Of a stretch of 64,000 nt of DNA, positions 37,001-48,617 are shown in pieces; within the stretch, counting starts at the first letter, position 1; the number at the start of each line of letters is the position of its first letter. The notes below the pieces were generated by a model. That model saw only the letters and a list, made by a program, of their open reading frames with translations. It was not told the origin of the DNA and made no database searches. The DNA lies in NCBI RefSeq assembly GCF_964355755.1, contig NC_092673.1, forward strand, positions 23,123,648 to 23,187,647, written 5' to 3'. The translations under genes and the position numbers were made by a program. The DNA is from Antedon mediterranea (taxonomy: Eukaryota; Animalia; Echinodermata).

Positions 37001-37371
37001 AATTTGAGCCATCATTTGTTTCCCTACGGTCAGTTGTTACCAAGATACAACATATCAAGGTCAAAGGTCAAATTGTCAGAAATGGTATTTCCGGTCAATT
37101 TTGGCCAAAATGTTCTATTATAGCGAATATAAATATGTATGTTCTGAGTATGTTGGTACCAAAATTATATCAATAGACCAAGTAGTTTAGGAGGTATGGC
37201 CATTTTCACTTTTTATCTATTTTGGCGGCCATCTTGAAAAAAAACACTTTCCGGGGGTCGAAATTCTTGAGACTTTTTTTCTGTTGTTTAGTACACCTAA
37301 TACTACCAAAATCCGTTGAAAAACCTTTTGTTGCAATTTTTTTGAGGTGAAACCTTATTTCTACTCTACTA
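34096..37371. mobile_element. Academ-derived foldback element with ~1.28 kb inverted arms and 3-bp TSD
   Basis: ATT|TAGTAGAGTAGAA ... TTCTACTCTACTA|ATT; arms 34096-35371 and 36091-37371; coding remnants LIGEDTDLLVLLLYH, HAFTGCDSTSRIFGIGKKAAF, LPPTSSA, WGWK, LLKIIHCNCTTGC. Confidence 0.9.
35586..35830 (+). mobile_element. tRNA-derived SINE nested in the Academ foldback spacer
   Basis: tRNA-like head with GAGTTCAAGTCC B-box and an A-rich tail at about 35810-35829; it interrupts the Academ reading frame between ..PVRHA and ..TVTLIGEDTD. Confidence 0.7.
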
Positions 37372-38872
37372 ATTACAGTAATTTATCAGAAATACTGTAC
37401 AAAATGTTATTGTCATCATAACTGTTTTCCCTAAGAATTTTGTTCCTAACCATTTATTTAATAATATTTTTATATTTCATTTCATTTTAAGGACATTATT
37501 TTATGAATTATATCATTTGAATATTAATGTGATTATCAAAATTCCTTTGAAAGCTGTTTGTCATGTGTTATATAAAACATGAAATGGTGTCACCTCTGCT
37601 ATGGGCCATATGCTTTTACTACATAAGCACATGTGTTATTGTAGGTTAAACCTAATTTAAAAGTAAAGTTAACTCCAGAATGGAACACATGAAAGTACCG
37701 CTGTCTTTGGCAACCGATGCACCTTTTCTCAAGTGACACTGTAAACATTATTAATTAAAATTATTCTAGGTGATGTTTTTTAACATTTTCTTGCACACTG
37801 AATGTTTGGCAAGTGGCCAGTATTATTGAGAATGCCTTCATACTAGATTTTATGTTATAAAACTTTCTTGAACATTTCAGTATTTCAGTAATTATGTTAG
37901 TCCTATTTTAATTCAGAAAAAAGGCTTCAAGTTGTTTTTTTTTTGCACATGAACCTCCACCCTATGGCAATTCCCTCTGGACCTGGCCATTTTAGCAGTA
38001 CAAATTATAACTTCCGTGTCATCTAGCTATGGGCTTTGAGAACAAGTATAAATGACGCAAGTGACTAATTCTCCATCAAATATAAAATAATAATTGTCAT
38101 GATGTAGATTGGATAAAAATAAAAAAATGACTTAATATTCTGTCTGTCTCTTAAAATCATTGCCTTATGCCTAGCTTTCCCTTTTGAGTCATTCTCGAGT
38201 GTTTAAGATTGATATAACACTTTTTTTCAATTTTGACCCGATTTATCATTAAGGGGGAAGTACTCCAGAAAAATAAACCTGTAACCTATTTCACCTGCTT
38301 GAAAGGTGAAATGCGAAGCTGTTAGTCAGCGTCTGGGGTAAATTGCGCCATCACAACACCATATGAATTTCTTTAGCTTGATAATCAACCGATTCACTGT
38401 CGCGCTTAACAAAATCAACGCTAGTCTAATTTGCATCGTCGGTAACCAATGACTGTAGACCCATGATCACATCACTTTTTGGAATGGACTGGCACGGTTG
38501 ATGGTTTCGCCAGGCTGGTTTTTTCCACCCCCAGCATGAGTGTCAGCAACATGACCTTTCGGGCTACAGTACAAGCAGTTTCTTCCGGGCTTCTTTTTTT
38601 GTAATTTGCTATTGTTTGAAGTGTTAATATTCAAGGATTTTAGGAAACATGGAAGATAAACTGGCGGGAACCAATAATTGCTACCTGTCTTACCTGGTTA
38701 GATAAAAAAGGAATAAAATATAGTTTCCCCCAGAGCACTCAATCTAACGTGTTAATCGTTTAACGTTCTTACCCTACATACATAATGTTATAAAGTATTC
38801 AATTTTTTGTTGTTATATTTGATTTATGTATCAGTAGAAAGAAATAAAAATAATAAATAAACAAATTATAAT

Positions 38873-39614
38873 CGCCGTGGTTAGGATTCCGGCACCGGAA
38901 CTCAACTGCCCAGCGTTAGGGAATCCGACACGCTATTGCGCATGCCCAGAGCGAATTAATTATAGCTTTGCACTTACCGCGCACCACACCACCGAGAGTC
39001 GGAGTGTTATTATAGGAATTTACTGTAGCCTATTGCCTATAGTTAGTCGTTGCGCGAGCGAGAGAGCGATGGATGAAACTTGGCCTAGCCTAGGCCATAT
39101 GAATTAATAATTAAAATACCACTACGCCACGCGTTAAAATAATTATGATATTGCTAAGAATCAGCCTATCTATCAAAGAATCGTAATGCTGTAATTTTAT
39201 TAGACAAAGTGAATAGCGTAGCGACCCCGACTTCCCAAACGGTTCTGTTTTTTTCACATCATATCCGCGCGGCGGCTGCCGTCAACAAATCAACTTGTAT
39301 ACGCGTGTTATTACAGTACAATGCGTTATATGAAATCTTTTATTTTGTACTTGAAAAATCATAAAACTAGTCATGAAGCAACCACTTTTTTAATTGCGAA
39401 ATAAATAGGCCCCTGGTCACATTTTTAGCTGGTACTGGTAGGCATCTATGCCTAGGCTAGTTCGCCGTGGCGCAGCTATTAATCCATCGCTGTTAGTCTG
39501 TAGATGGATCGAGTATAGAGTCGCCGATTACCTCACTCTGGGCATGCGCAATCGCGTGCCGGATTCCCTAACGCTGGGCAGTTGAGTTCCGGTGCCGGAA
39601 TCCTAACCACGGCG
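38873..39614. mobile_element. MULE/Mutator-type MITE, ~80-bp TIRs, 9-bp TSD
   Basis: AATTATAAT|CGCCGTGGTTAGGATTCCGGCACCGGAACTCAACTGCCCAGCGTTAGGGAATCCG ... inverse ...CCTAACCACGGCG|AATTATAAT. Confidence 0.92.
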
Positions 39615-40289
39615 AATTATAATTACAGTAAACAAAACTATAAACAAAACATTTCACAAATAGAGAATGTATCATGTTTAGAAAAATGTATGTAATTTCT
39701 GATAACCTCAATCAAACATCCTACCAAGAATATTTTTCAATGAAAACAACATCACTTCCTTCTGTATTACGTCCCATATTATTAAAAATAATATAAAGTA
39801 TTCCGCTAGTATAGATAACAAGATATCCTATAATAATTCATGTATGATTATGTCTATACCGTAGTTTATATATTAATGCTTGTTCATGCTTACATGCATC
39901 ACTGATTGGCTGATTAAAATTTCAAATTAAGTTAGCGTGAGCATAGTATCAACTCGTGGGATTGCCTTTTCCAGTGTTGATTCATCAGTGTTTTTTCCCC
40001 GACCCTTCTGATACGTACATCGTTAATTTTACTCAATTAGGAATCGGATTTTAGTAACGGATAACGATTCTTTAACGTCTGGAATTTGATAGAAACTTGG
40101 CCTGCTGATCCTGAATCTGAGTTTTTAAAAGATAACCTATACTTGCATGTTCTTCACAGCTGTAAGAATGCTGTGTCTTACATAATAATTACTAATGTAA
40201 AACAAGAACCCTTCCTTAATAGTGTTATTTATAGCAAAAGATGAATTGATTATAAATGTAGGTAGAGTTCATATCACAGCTCTGACATT

Positions 40290-40430
40290 ATAGTGAGTGG
40301 CCGGTTAAGACAGTGGAACCGTCATACGTAGCCATAACATCGACAAGGGTTCAAGGCTCACTCGCTACATGGTTCTGGCGAGTCTTCTCGGATAAGGTCT
40401 GTAAGTTGTAGGTCCGGTGTAACACACAGC
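40290..40430 (+). mobile_element. tRNA-derived SINE remnant
   Basis: A-box-like GTGGCCGGTTAAG, B-box-like GGGTTCAAGGCT, body AGTCTTCTCGGATAAGG. Confidence 0.55.
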
Positions 40431-42326
40431 CACTGTCACAAACTCATTTCACTGGGTCCTCTAGGAGAATTGAGATGCTCCCACTTGAGGGTAGGGTTTA
40501 TGATTATCTGATAGCGGTATTTCATAAAATGATGAATTCATTTAGGTTAGTAAAAGCTAACTAGTGTCCATTCCTTTAGTTGTACTTTAAAAACTGGATA
40601 AAACATCAATCTTTTTTTTATGGTCAATCCAATATTTTCTATCACAATGTTTGTCTTACTGTATTATGTTGGTTTAGTTTGTCTTATCTAAGTTTGAGTT
40701 ACATTTGAAAGTTGACTTAATTGCTAATTCAGCTTTATTACAGGATGCTTTGGAGTAATTATTTAAAGTTATCAAAAGAAAGTGACTGTAATTAAGGAGG
40801 TTATGAACCATGAGATGATTGTATCTCTTTTATTATGTTTTAAATTTAGCATGTACAGGCCTATTGTCCCCTGACAAATTGTTAAAATAACTTGTATACA
40901 GATTATCCAGATTATCAAAATAAAGCAAGGTACAATATAATTGCCAATTATAAAATATTTTCATGTGAAAATACTAGAGAAAATGTTTTTCTATGGCCAA
41001 CACCTTCTATTCATGAGACAGTCCTTTTATTTCTTTGTTTGGTCCTGAGGGTGTCATGGTTCCTTTAATCAACTTTAGGATTGGATAAAAATTATGTACA
41101 GGTACAGTACTGTACCTTATTCCCTAACCATAGTTGGACTGATGGGTTCTTTAGCCTCGCTTGTACCAACACCCTTCCCCTCCACACAAACTATGATGGG
41201 TCTGAGGGATACTGACAGTCTCCCTCCCACCAACAAATCTTGCATCTATCCCAAGGAACCCTAAGAAATATTATATTAGTTAGAGTCATTTAACTTTGTA
41301 CATTTCCATTTTTCCACTTTGTAGTATTGAAGGTTTAACCACCATCTACCTATTGTTTGAAGGTATATTTCTATTACAAAGATTCACCAGATGTTTTGCT
41401 TCTATATAAGATCTAGTATAATCAAGTTCAAGGTTAAAGTTCATTGATTTTGTTATCATTAAACATAATTTTTCTTTGTTTACATTTATTGCCAAAATAG
41501 CATCTTACCATTCATAAAATATAAGATAATCTATTTTATCAATCTATTTTTTATTTTTCTACAACAATTTTGCTTGTTTCTTAGGTGTTTTTTAGTTATT
41601 TGATATCTGTTTAGTACAGTACTCTGCCAAGAAGTTGGGGGTAATTTATTATTTCAACAGAAACATGCCCATCCTTCATGTATGCGTGTGTGGTTTTGGA
41701 GAAAGGATGTGGAAATTTGAAATAATTATGAATATCCTAGGACTGTCATATCCGTATTATATTTATTTATTACAATTGCTTATTTAAATACAAATGATTA
41801 AAATAGCACAATAAAGATATTGCATTGTAAAATATACTTACAGTATATGTTTATCCTTGCATATCTAAAATCGCATATTACTTTAGTTAGGTAATATAAT
41901 TAGGTTTGTATCCCAACAAATAAACTTTTTAATATAATTAACCTTCTGTGCAGGGAATATAATGACATCATTCCCATGTTGATAGTTGAGTATAAAGTCT
42001 TCTATCCTATTTTTGCACATTTACAGTTGTTTACTCAGATCTCTCCTTTTTTTTTACTCAATGGTATAGAAAGTTGTTGATAAATATTTTGGTAATGATA
42101 TTTACCACAATGGAATCTAGTTTACTAATTAAGTCGAGTAAGTATCACATGTCATGCTTTATTTTCTTTCATCCTCACGATTGGGGGTACAGTGTACCTA
42201 TGACTTGAAACAAACAAAACATGCTGATCTGAAGTAAAAAAAACAACAAAAAAAACAACAAGATGACACCTGATAAAATTAGATTGCTAACATCAGAGAA
42301 TAGGTTCATCAGGTTTATTTGAAATC

Positions 42327-42625
42327 TAGATAATAGATATTAATTTGTCAAAACCAAGTTGTACTCACGATTGATTAATATTTCGTCTCAACACTTCGGG
42401 AGACTTCGTCAGAATGACCATCCGATCTTCTTTTCCGAGGAATCAATCCTCTATGACGTACGTTCGTAGACTCTTTCGCAGTCGTAGATTTCTTGGAAAA
42501 AGATGTTAAAAGAGGGTCGTAAACTTGATTTAGAAGGTAGGTGCCCTCCTCTCTGTTGAGTGTCTTTTATATTAATCAATCGTGAGGACATAACTTGGTT
42601 TTGACAAATTAATATTTATTATCTA
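42327..42625 (-). mobile_element. Penelope-like element 3' end (GIY-YIG C-terminus plus hammerhead) enclosed by ~55-bp inverted repeats
   Basis: Minus strand KTLNREEGTYLLNQVYDPLL, then CTGACGA-A-GTCTC(loop)GAGAC-GAAA at about 42381-42413; flanks TAGATAATAA..TTTGTCAAAACCAAGTT..CTCACGATTGATTAATAT in inverted orientation. Confidence 0.75.
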
Positions 42626-44779
42626 TCAAAATTAGATTGTGTTAACCTAATTACATTTATAACATACCGTACTGTACGCTAGGGTTTTCTCCATGGTTTA
42701 ACAATAACATTAGAAGTAGACTTAGTAGCTACCCATTTCTTTCAATTTCCATTTAGGTTTTATCTTTGTTTTGAAATAAAACAAGATTAGTATAATGATG
42801 TTTATTTCCGGGGAAATGAACTGAATATAAAAGTACCTTGTTTATAAAAGAGCTTTTTGCAGGAATTAATTTCGTGAGTTGGCTATTAATATTTTGGTTG
42901 TTTAGGTTGTGATTTCTAAAACCTGAGTTCAAAACAGATCGATGTCATTGGATTTTTATTGAGTGTACTCTGGTAACGGTCAATATAAAGAAATAATTAC
43001 TCTAACAAAGGAAAATATAACTTTTTTCATCTTGATGGGTTACATGATTTGATCAATGACGTTCTAGGTAATATAAAAGTATATTCAACTAAATTAAAAG
43101 TTATTTATTCAGCAGATACACAACCTTGGTGACTGTCCGGAATGACACTGCAATTATGAAACAAATGATTGTAAATTGAAATGTACATCAGCATGCAACA
43201 GCAATCGGTTTGTTCCTCACAAAATAATTATAAAAATTTAACCAAATTATTTTTTAATTGACAAGTGTGAATTGGAAGTTTAGCCTTGTGGGATCTTTTA
43301 AAACCAATTTTATAAGATGCTGTTTAAGCTATCAAATTGCTGTCAATATGATTAAATTATAATTATATAAATTAGGGTTTGAACTATTTTGTACTATAAG
43401 GTGCCACAACTGTAACTTTAAATAAGGGCTAAATAGTTGTGCTTTCACAAAAGATGCAATGCAAAGATGTACATGAAGTAATTTGACCAATCAAAATCGA
43501 ATGATCATCATTTGATTTGGCATAACGTATAAGTGCTGTATCCGATTCCAGCTTATGTAACTCTCAAATATTGCTGTATCAACAGAAATTGTTATATTTT
43601 GTCATGTATATTTAACATTATGTTGTAGACAAACATCTAGCGTTATCCTACCGGATCTGCCCTTGCATCTATAGAACATTCAAATTTGAACCAGACATGT
43701 CTGATTTTTTCTGTTGTACAATGTTTCTAAACCGTCGCACAATAATCTGGTTCGTCTGAAGTACGATTAGGCAGTGAAGTATAAAATTATGTCGAGACAT
43801 AATTTCTATTTGATAATTACATATTGAAAGGAAGTTTTTGAAAATCAAGAATGTCAAACCGAAAAATTGTGCCATGTCCGTGTTGACGGAAGGAAACAGA
43901 CACCAATAGCAGAACAATTCAATATAATTATATAGGCCTACTCCTGTATCAAACAGTATGCACACACATTGTTTATAATAATCTTGTTATCAACAGATAC
44001 ATTTTGGATTATTCATCATACATTTTTTATGATAAAAATTGGTAAATTGATATTTTGTCCAATTATATTTTCAATATTATTTTGAGAAACAAAATGACTT
44101 AGCATTAGTTTTGTATTGAATTAGACTAGATTATTCGTTCATCAGCATCTGTTGTTTGATGTGAGACAGTTGGAACAGTATCAGTAGAAAGAAAAAGCAT
44201 TTTGATGGGGAAAATACCAGGTTTCCCTACAGGATGTCACTCCCAACATAAATGAACAATGTTTCTCTGACCAAGCTCTCTTAATGGCCACCTGAAATCT
44301 TCTTCCCCCTTAATCCCCAGGCGCTGTTTACTACCCGCTCGCAACTGCACCACTTAAGTATATAGCCCTTTTTAATTAACTGCTGAGCCAATTGGCCTGC
44401 ATGTGGTGCAAAGTTTACAGCCTACTGGATCTTTGTAGTAACTGCAAATGTGACTATAAAATCTAATTCTAATTCGCTACAAATGTTGCACAGTTTTAAT
44501 ATCTCAAAATAGATTTAAAAGAATAAAAAAATTCAAAATGATGTTCACTCAGCAGCAGTTGCCAAGTCTGTCTCCATTTAAATATATCTGAATCTAATTT
44601 TTTTTTTATGTTTAAATGATTCATGTGCTGTAGGTCTATAATTTTCATAAGTCATCCTAGTATCTTTGTGAGAAAATCGTATGCTATCGACACAGCAAGA
44701 TGCAAATTTGATGATGATAACTCACAATTCTAGAATTTCCCTTGATACCATGTCTATTAACACTTAGTTTACGGTATAT

Positions 44780-45579
44780 GGGCCTGTTTCTATAGAGCAG
44801 AGAATACGGTTTTGAATACCGTTCTTTTCAAGAACCGTTTTTTCTTGCTAGCAGAAATGGGTCCCCACAAAAAACCACAAAAACGAACCGATCTTAAAAC
44901 CGGTTTAAGAAACCCCAATTGATTGCGGTCTCAATCGCAAAGAACCGTTCTGAAACCGGTTTCCGCGGAGCAATTTTTAGCAGCAACACAATCGCGGTCT
45001 CAATTTGACCCCAAAAACTGAACTCTGCAGTCTGCTGCACTGGGACGATTGCGGTCAACTCGCAGTCAAGCCCGCGCGATAGGACCTAGGGCTAAGTCAT
45101 TTTTATTTCTGTAGATAGTGAGTATTTTATTTAACTACAAAATGTTGACCGATGCCATTACGAGGTTCGTAAAAAATATGTGAAAAGACGGGAGTCGGAA
45201 GAAAGACTCACTTAGGCCTAGGCCTACATGTTTTTAAGAATATTGTAAAGCGTGTGAAAGCTAGACGAGTTCAACTTGACAATATCAGAGGGTGCGACGT
45301 ACCTATACTTTAACCAAGGACCACAATAACGTTTCAGGTAATAATTTCCCCTTCTATGATGAAATGGATGCTATTTCTTGGGGATTGCGCTATGCGAAAA
45401 AAAGTAAACATAACCTCGATCCAATCGCGCTTCCGCCTAACGAACTGCATTGTGGTGTATATAATGACGTCATTCATAACGAACGCACATGGACGGAACC
45501 GGGTTTTTTTTATAAACAACAGCCGAAACCGGTTTCCAAAAAAACCGTTCTTTTTTTATTTTTCAATAGAAATAGGCCC
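44780..45579 (+). mobile_element. Harbinger internal-deletion derivative with Myb/SANT-like remnant
   Basis: TIRs GGGCCTGTTTCTAT / ATAGAAATAGGCCC; subterminal AACCG(G)TT repeats; KDHNNVSGNNFPFYDEMDAI at about 45315-45375. Confidence 0.78.
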
Positions 45580-47077
45580 TTAGTCTGTCATTTAGAGTGA
45601 CCTGTTGAAATACAGTACAGCAATTCTGATTTATACCAGAAGATAAAGTGATTTCAAACGAGTTAATAAGATTTTTTCATTCAATTTGGCATACAATTGA
45701 GACCACCAGTGAGCAAATATTCTAAAAATAAAAACCCTCTCATTTACTTTTTGAATGCGAAAATATATAAATTCCATGGCTATATTTATCTTTGTGCAAA
45801 TCAAGCACATTTTCTTGACTAAAAAAGTTCTAAATTATTTTTAAAAAAACTAATTAAAACCAACAAACATAGGTAGTTTTCCAACTAAACAAATTCCTAG
45901 TTTGCTATATGATGAATTTGTGAGCCCCGAATTTACAAATTTCAACATATCTTCATATTTTCATTTTCACTTTTAGTAATGACAAACACACTTTGATTTT
46001 AAAAGGAAAAGGATGATTGATAGTGCAATGACCTTTATAATGTTGATCTGTGTATCACATGAATACAATATGTTGTTCCACCAAAATTTACATTTTTACA
46101 TTACATTAAAATGCCATAATAATAGGTGATACTGCTAACTGTATATATTTTAATATAATTTGTCCAGTATCTAATTAATTCTGTAATACAGTTTCATACG
46201 TATTGCATTTGATGTTTGTATCATAAACCATTATTACCTAACATTAAGGACAGAGAATTGAGTTAATATTCAGTATTTTAAAACTGAAATTATTTATTTT
46301 GTCATAATATGTTTGCCAAATCAAGTGTCCCAGAGCAACAAATGTGAGAGTCCACCCTTCCTTTATGATAATTGAATGGTCGGCTTCATTAAACAATTTT
46401 TTTTTTTAATTTCAAAATTTAATAGGTTGTTAAACCCTCATCCTTATAATTTGGACAGTTTCTAAAATAAGGAACCCCATACCCCTTCCCTCTATCCCTT
46501 TCTCAATATCATTGATTTTAATAATTTTAAGGTGGCTGGATCTCAATGTAGATTAAAATAAAATAAGAGCTAAATCTTTTGAGTGAATTTAAGAATGTTA
46601 TACCATGTAGACATAATGTGACATACAATCAATTCATTCATCTGATTATAATTTTTACCCTTAATTTGTGGTGTTTGTACGAAAAATTAAAAAGAACATA
46701 AAATGATGCAACTGACGTTTCATCCTGGTTCTAAATTATAGTAAGGAAGTTAAGGAAATTGGTGGTATGACGTCTAGTAATTGGGCCTACAGGTCATGGT
46801 AAATGACATGACTTTCACAAAAATTGAAGTAATAGTTTTTACATGTTATCAATGACATTTTGGAACATAGAATTAAATATGTGCATCATGTTTTGATACT
46901 CACAATAGCAATATTACATGTAGGATATGATTAATTATTGATAGTAACCTTGTGTTCTATTCTTGAGTAGGGTTATGTACTATTAAAGTAGTAAATTATT
47001 GTTATTATTATGCCTAAATCTAGGCAATACTAACCCACCCCATCCGCTAGACACTAATTCATAGAAATACACAGTAA

Positions 47078-47246
47078 AGCGTGGTTCCCACTAGCGACGC
47101 ATCACAAGGACGTAACGCCACGCAAGTGAATTGACCAAGCACAAGCGATGGCTTATTCGCTTTTGATTGCTAACTTCGCTTGTCATTGGTTAAAACGCTT
47201 GTGTTGCGTTTACGTCCTTGCGTTACGTTCTAGTGGGAACCAAGCT
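47078..47246. mobile_element. Harbinger/Tourist-type MITE, TAA TSD
   Basis: TAA|AGCGTGGTTCCCACTAG ... CTAGTGGGAACCAAGCT|TAA; a partial relative lies at about 22650-22712. Confidence 0.88.
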
Positions 47247-47497
47247 TAAAGTTGACTATAAAAAAACTTTTCACATTCTTTCTAGATAATAAAATGCTTG
47301 CATAATATTGGCACTACTTGAGTGCTGTAGTTGGAATTATTATTATAGATTAACTTTTAGGATGGCTTACTAGGTTTTACACTACTGGTATGGTATTTCT
47401 TTGAACTATATACCCCAATATAGATTCTTCTAAGAAAATTATAATTGCAATAACATGTTGTTTACCATACAAAAATGGGGTTACTATTGCGTACCTG

Positions 47498-47500
<3 letters not shown>

Positions 47501-47534
<34 letters not shown>
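47501..47534. repeat. (ATT)n microsatellite
   Basis: About 11 perfect ATT units. Confidence 0.95.
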
Positions 47535-47538
<4 letters not shown>

Positions 47539-47724
47539 CAATAACTTTTAGCATATTGGCATACACTGTACTTATTTTCTTTACTACCATTGGAGGCTTT
47601 ATGTTACCCAAATATTTGATGATATATTTACCATACTTTAAGTTTTAATATAATATAAATTATTATGTCCACCCAGGCAGCACTTGCCAGCTTTATACTA
47701 TGACGTTATCCAAATTCCTTCACT

Positions 47725-47764
47725 TGCACTGATGAAGGGCTAGTGTTGGCCGAAAGCTCTGCTA
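47725..47764 (+). ncRNA. Minimal type I hammerhead ribozyme in a Penelope-like partial tandem repeat (47720-47880 and 47920-48060)
   Basis: GCA-CTGATGA-AG-GGCTA(gtgt)TGGCC-GAAA-GCTC^TGC: conserved core, stem II, short palindromic stem III and stem I; degenerate second copy at 47924. Confidence 0.7.
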
Positions 47765-48543
47765 ACTTTTCTGGCTATTTTACTTCTCGTTTTGATTTAG
47801 CTTTTCGCTTTTATTTTGTATCTCCATTGAGATCCAGCCACTGATACCCACAGCATTGTCATTTTTTCAGTAATTTGCCTTTGGATTAATATAATATAAA
47901 TATATATATAATATATACTTTCACTGATGAAGGGCTAGTGGTGCCAGAAATTTTTCTGGCTTTTTTTTTGGATTTAGCTTTTTGCTTATTTTATTATCTC
48001 AATTGAGATCCAGCCACTGATACACACATCATTCTGATTTTTTTTTCAGTAATTTGCATTTCGATTTGTATACAAATTTATATAAATACAGCTTAAAATT
48101 AAAAAATGATACGAATTGTATAGTTAATATCATCTGGTGATTAATATTTATTTTTAGTAGAATATTAATTTGAAACATCCGATAAAATTGAAGGTGAAAT
48201 TCAATATTCATTGTTAAACTTTTTTGTTGTTAATTCCTTCTTTTAGTCATCCAATAAATTGTTGTTTTTATAGTAACAAATTCATTTAAATATCTCTATA
48301 ATTTATTTTATCTTTATACTGTAGAATTAAAACTAGGTCCCTTATAAAACTAATTTTCTAAGGAAATACACATTTATTGATGTTCCTTTATTAGACCATG
48401 GAACAAATCTTTTAAATCACCAATATAAATATACATTTACATAATTTATAGCAGAAATTCTAAACCACTTAATATTCTGAATTTTAATGAATTCATTTTG
48501 GAACGATACTGATGATGAAATCTGTGAGAATAAGAAAAAAACC

Positions 48544-48617
48544 GCCCCAACCGAGATTCGAACTTGGAACCTTCTGCTTGAGATGCAGATCATGTATTAA
48601 CCATAGACCACTGAGGC
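48544..48617 (-). pseudogene. tRNA-like sequence (CTC anticodon loop); pseudo-tRNA or SINE head
   Basis: GCCTCAG/TTGGGGC acceptor-like stem, TGGTCTATGG A-box, TCTGC-ATCTCAA-GCAGA arm, GTTCGAATC T-loop, followed by a T6 tract; D-arm is atypical. Confidence 0.6.

Noticed and set aside
38249-38731. Possible Kolobok-like element (TTAA|GGGGGAAG...TTCCCCC)
   Set aside because: Inverted match is very short and the right side lacks TTAA; boundaries unsupported.
46710-46730. Hammerhead half-site (GAAACGTC on minus strand)
   Set aside because: No CTGANGA core or stem II partner found at a suitable distance.
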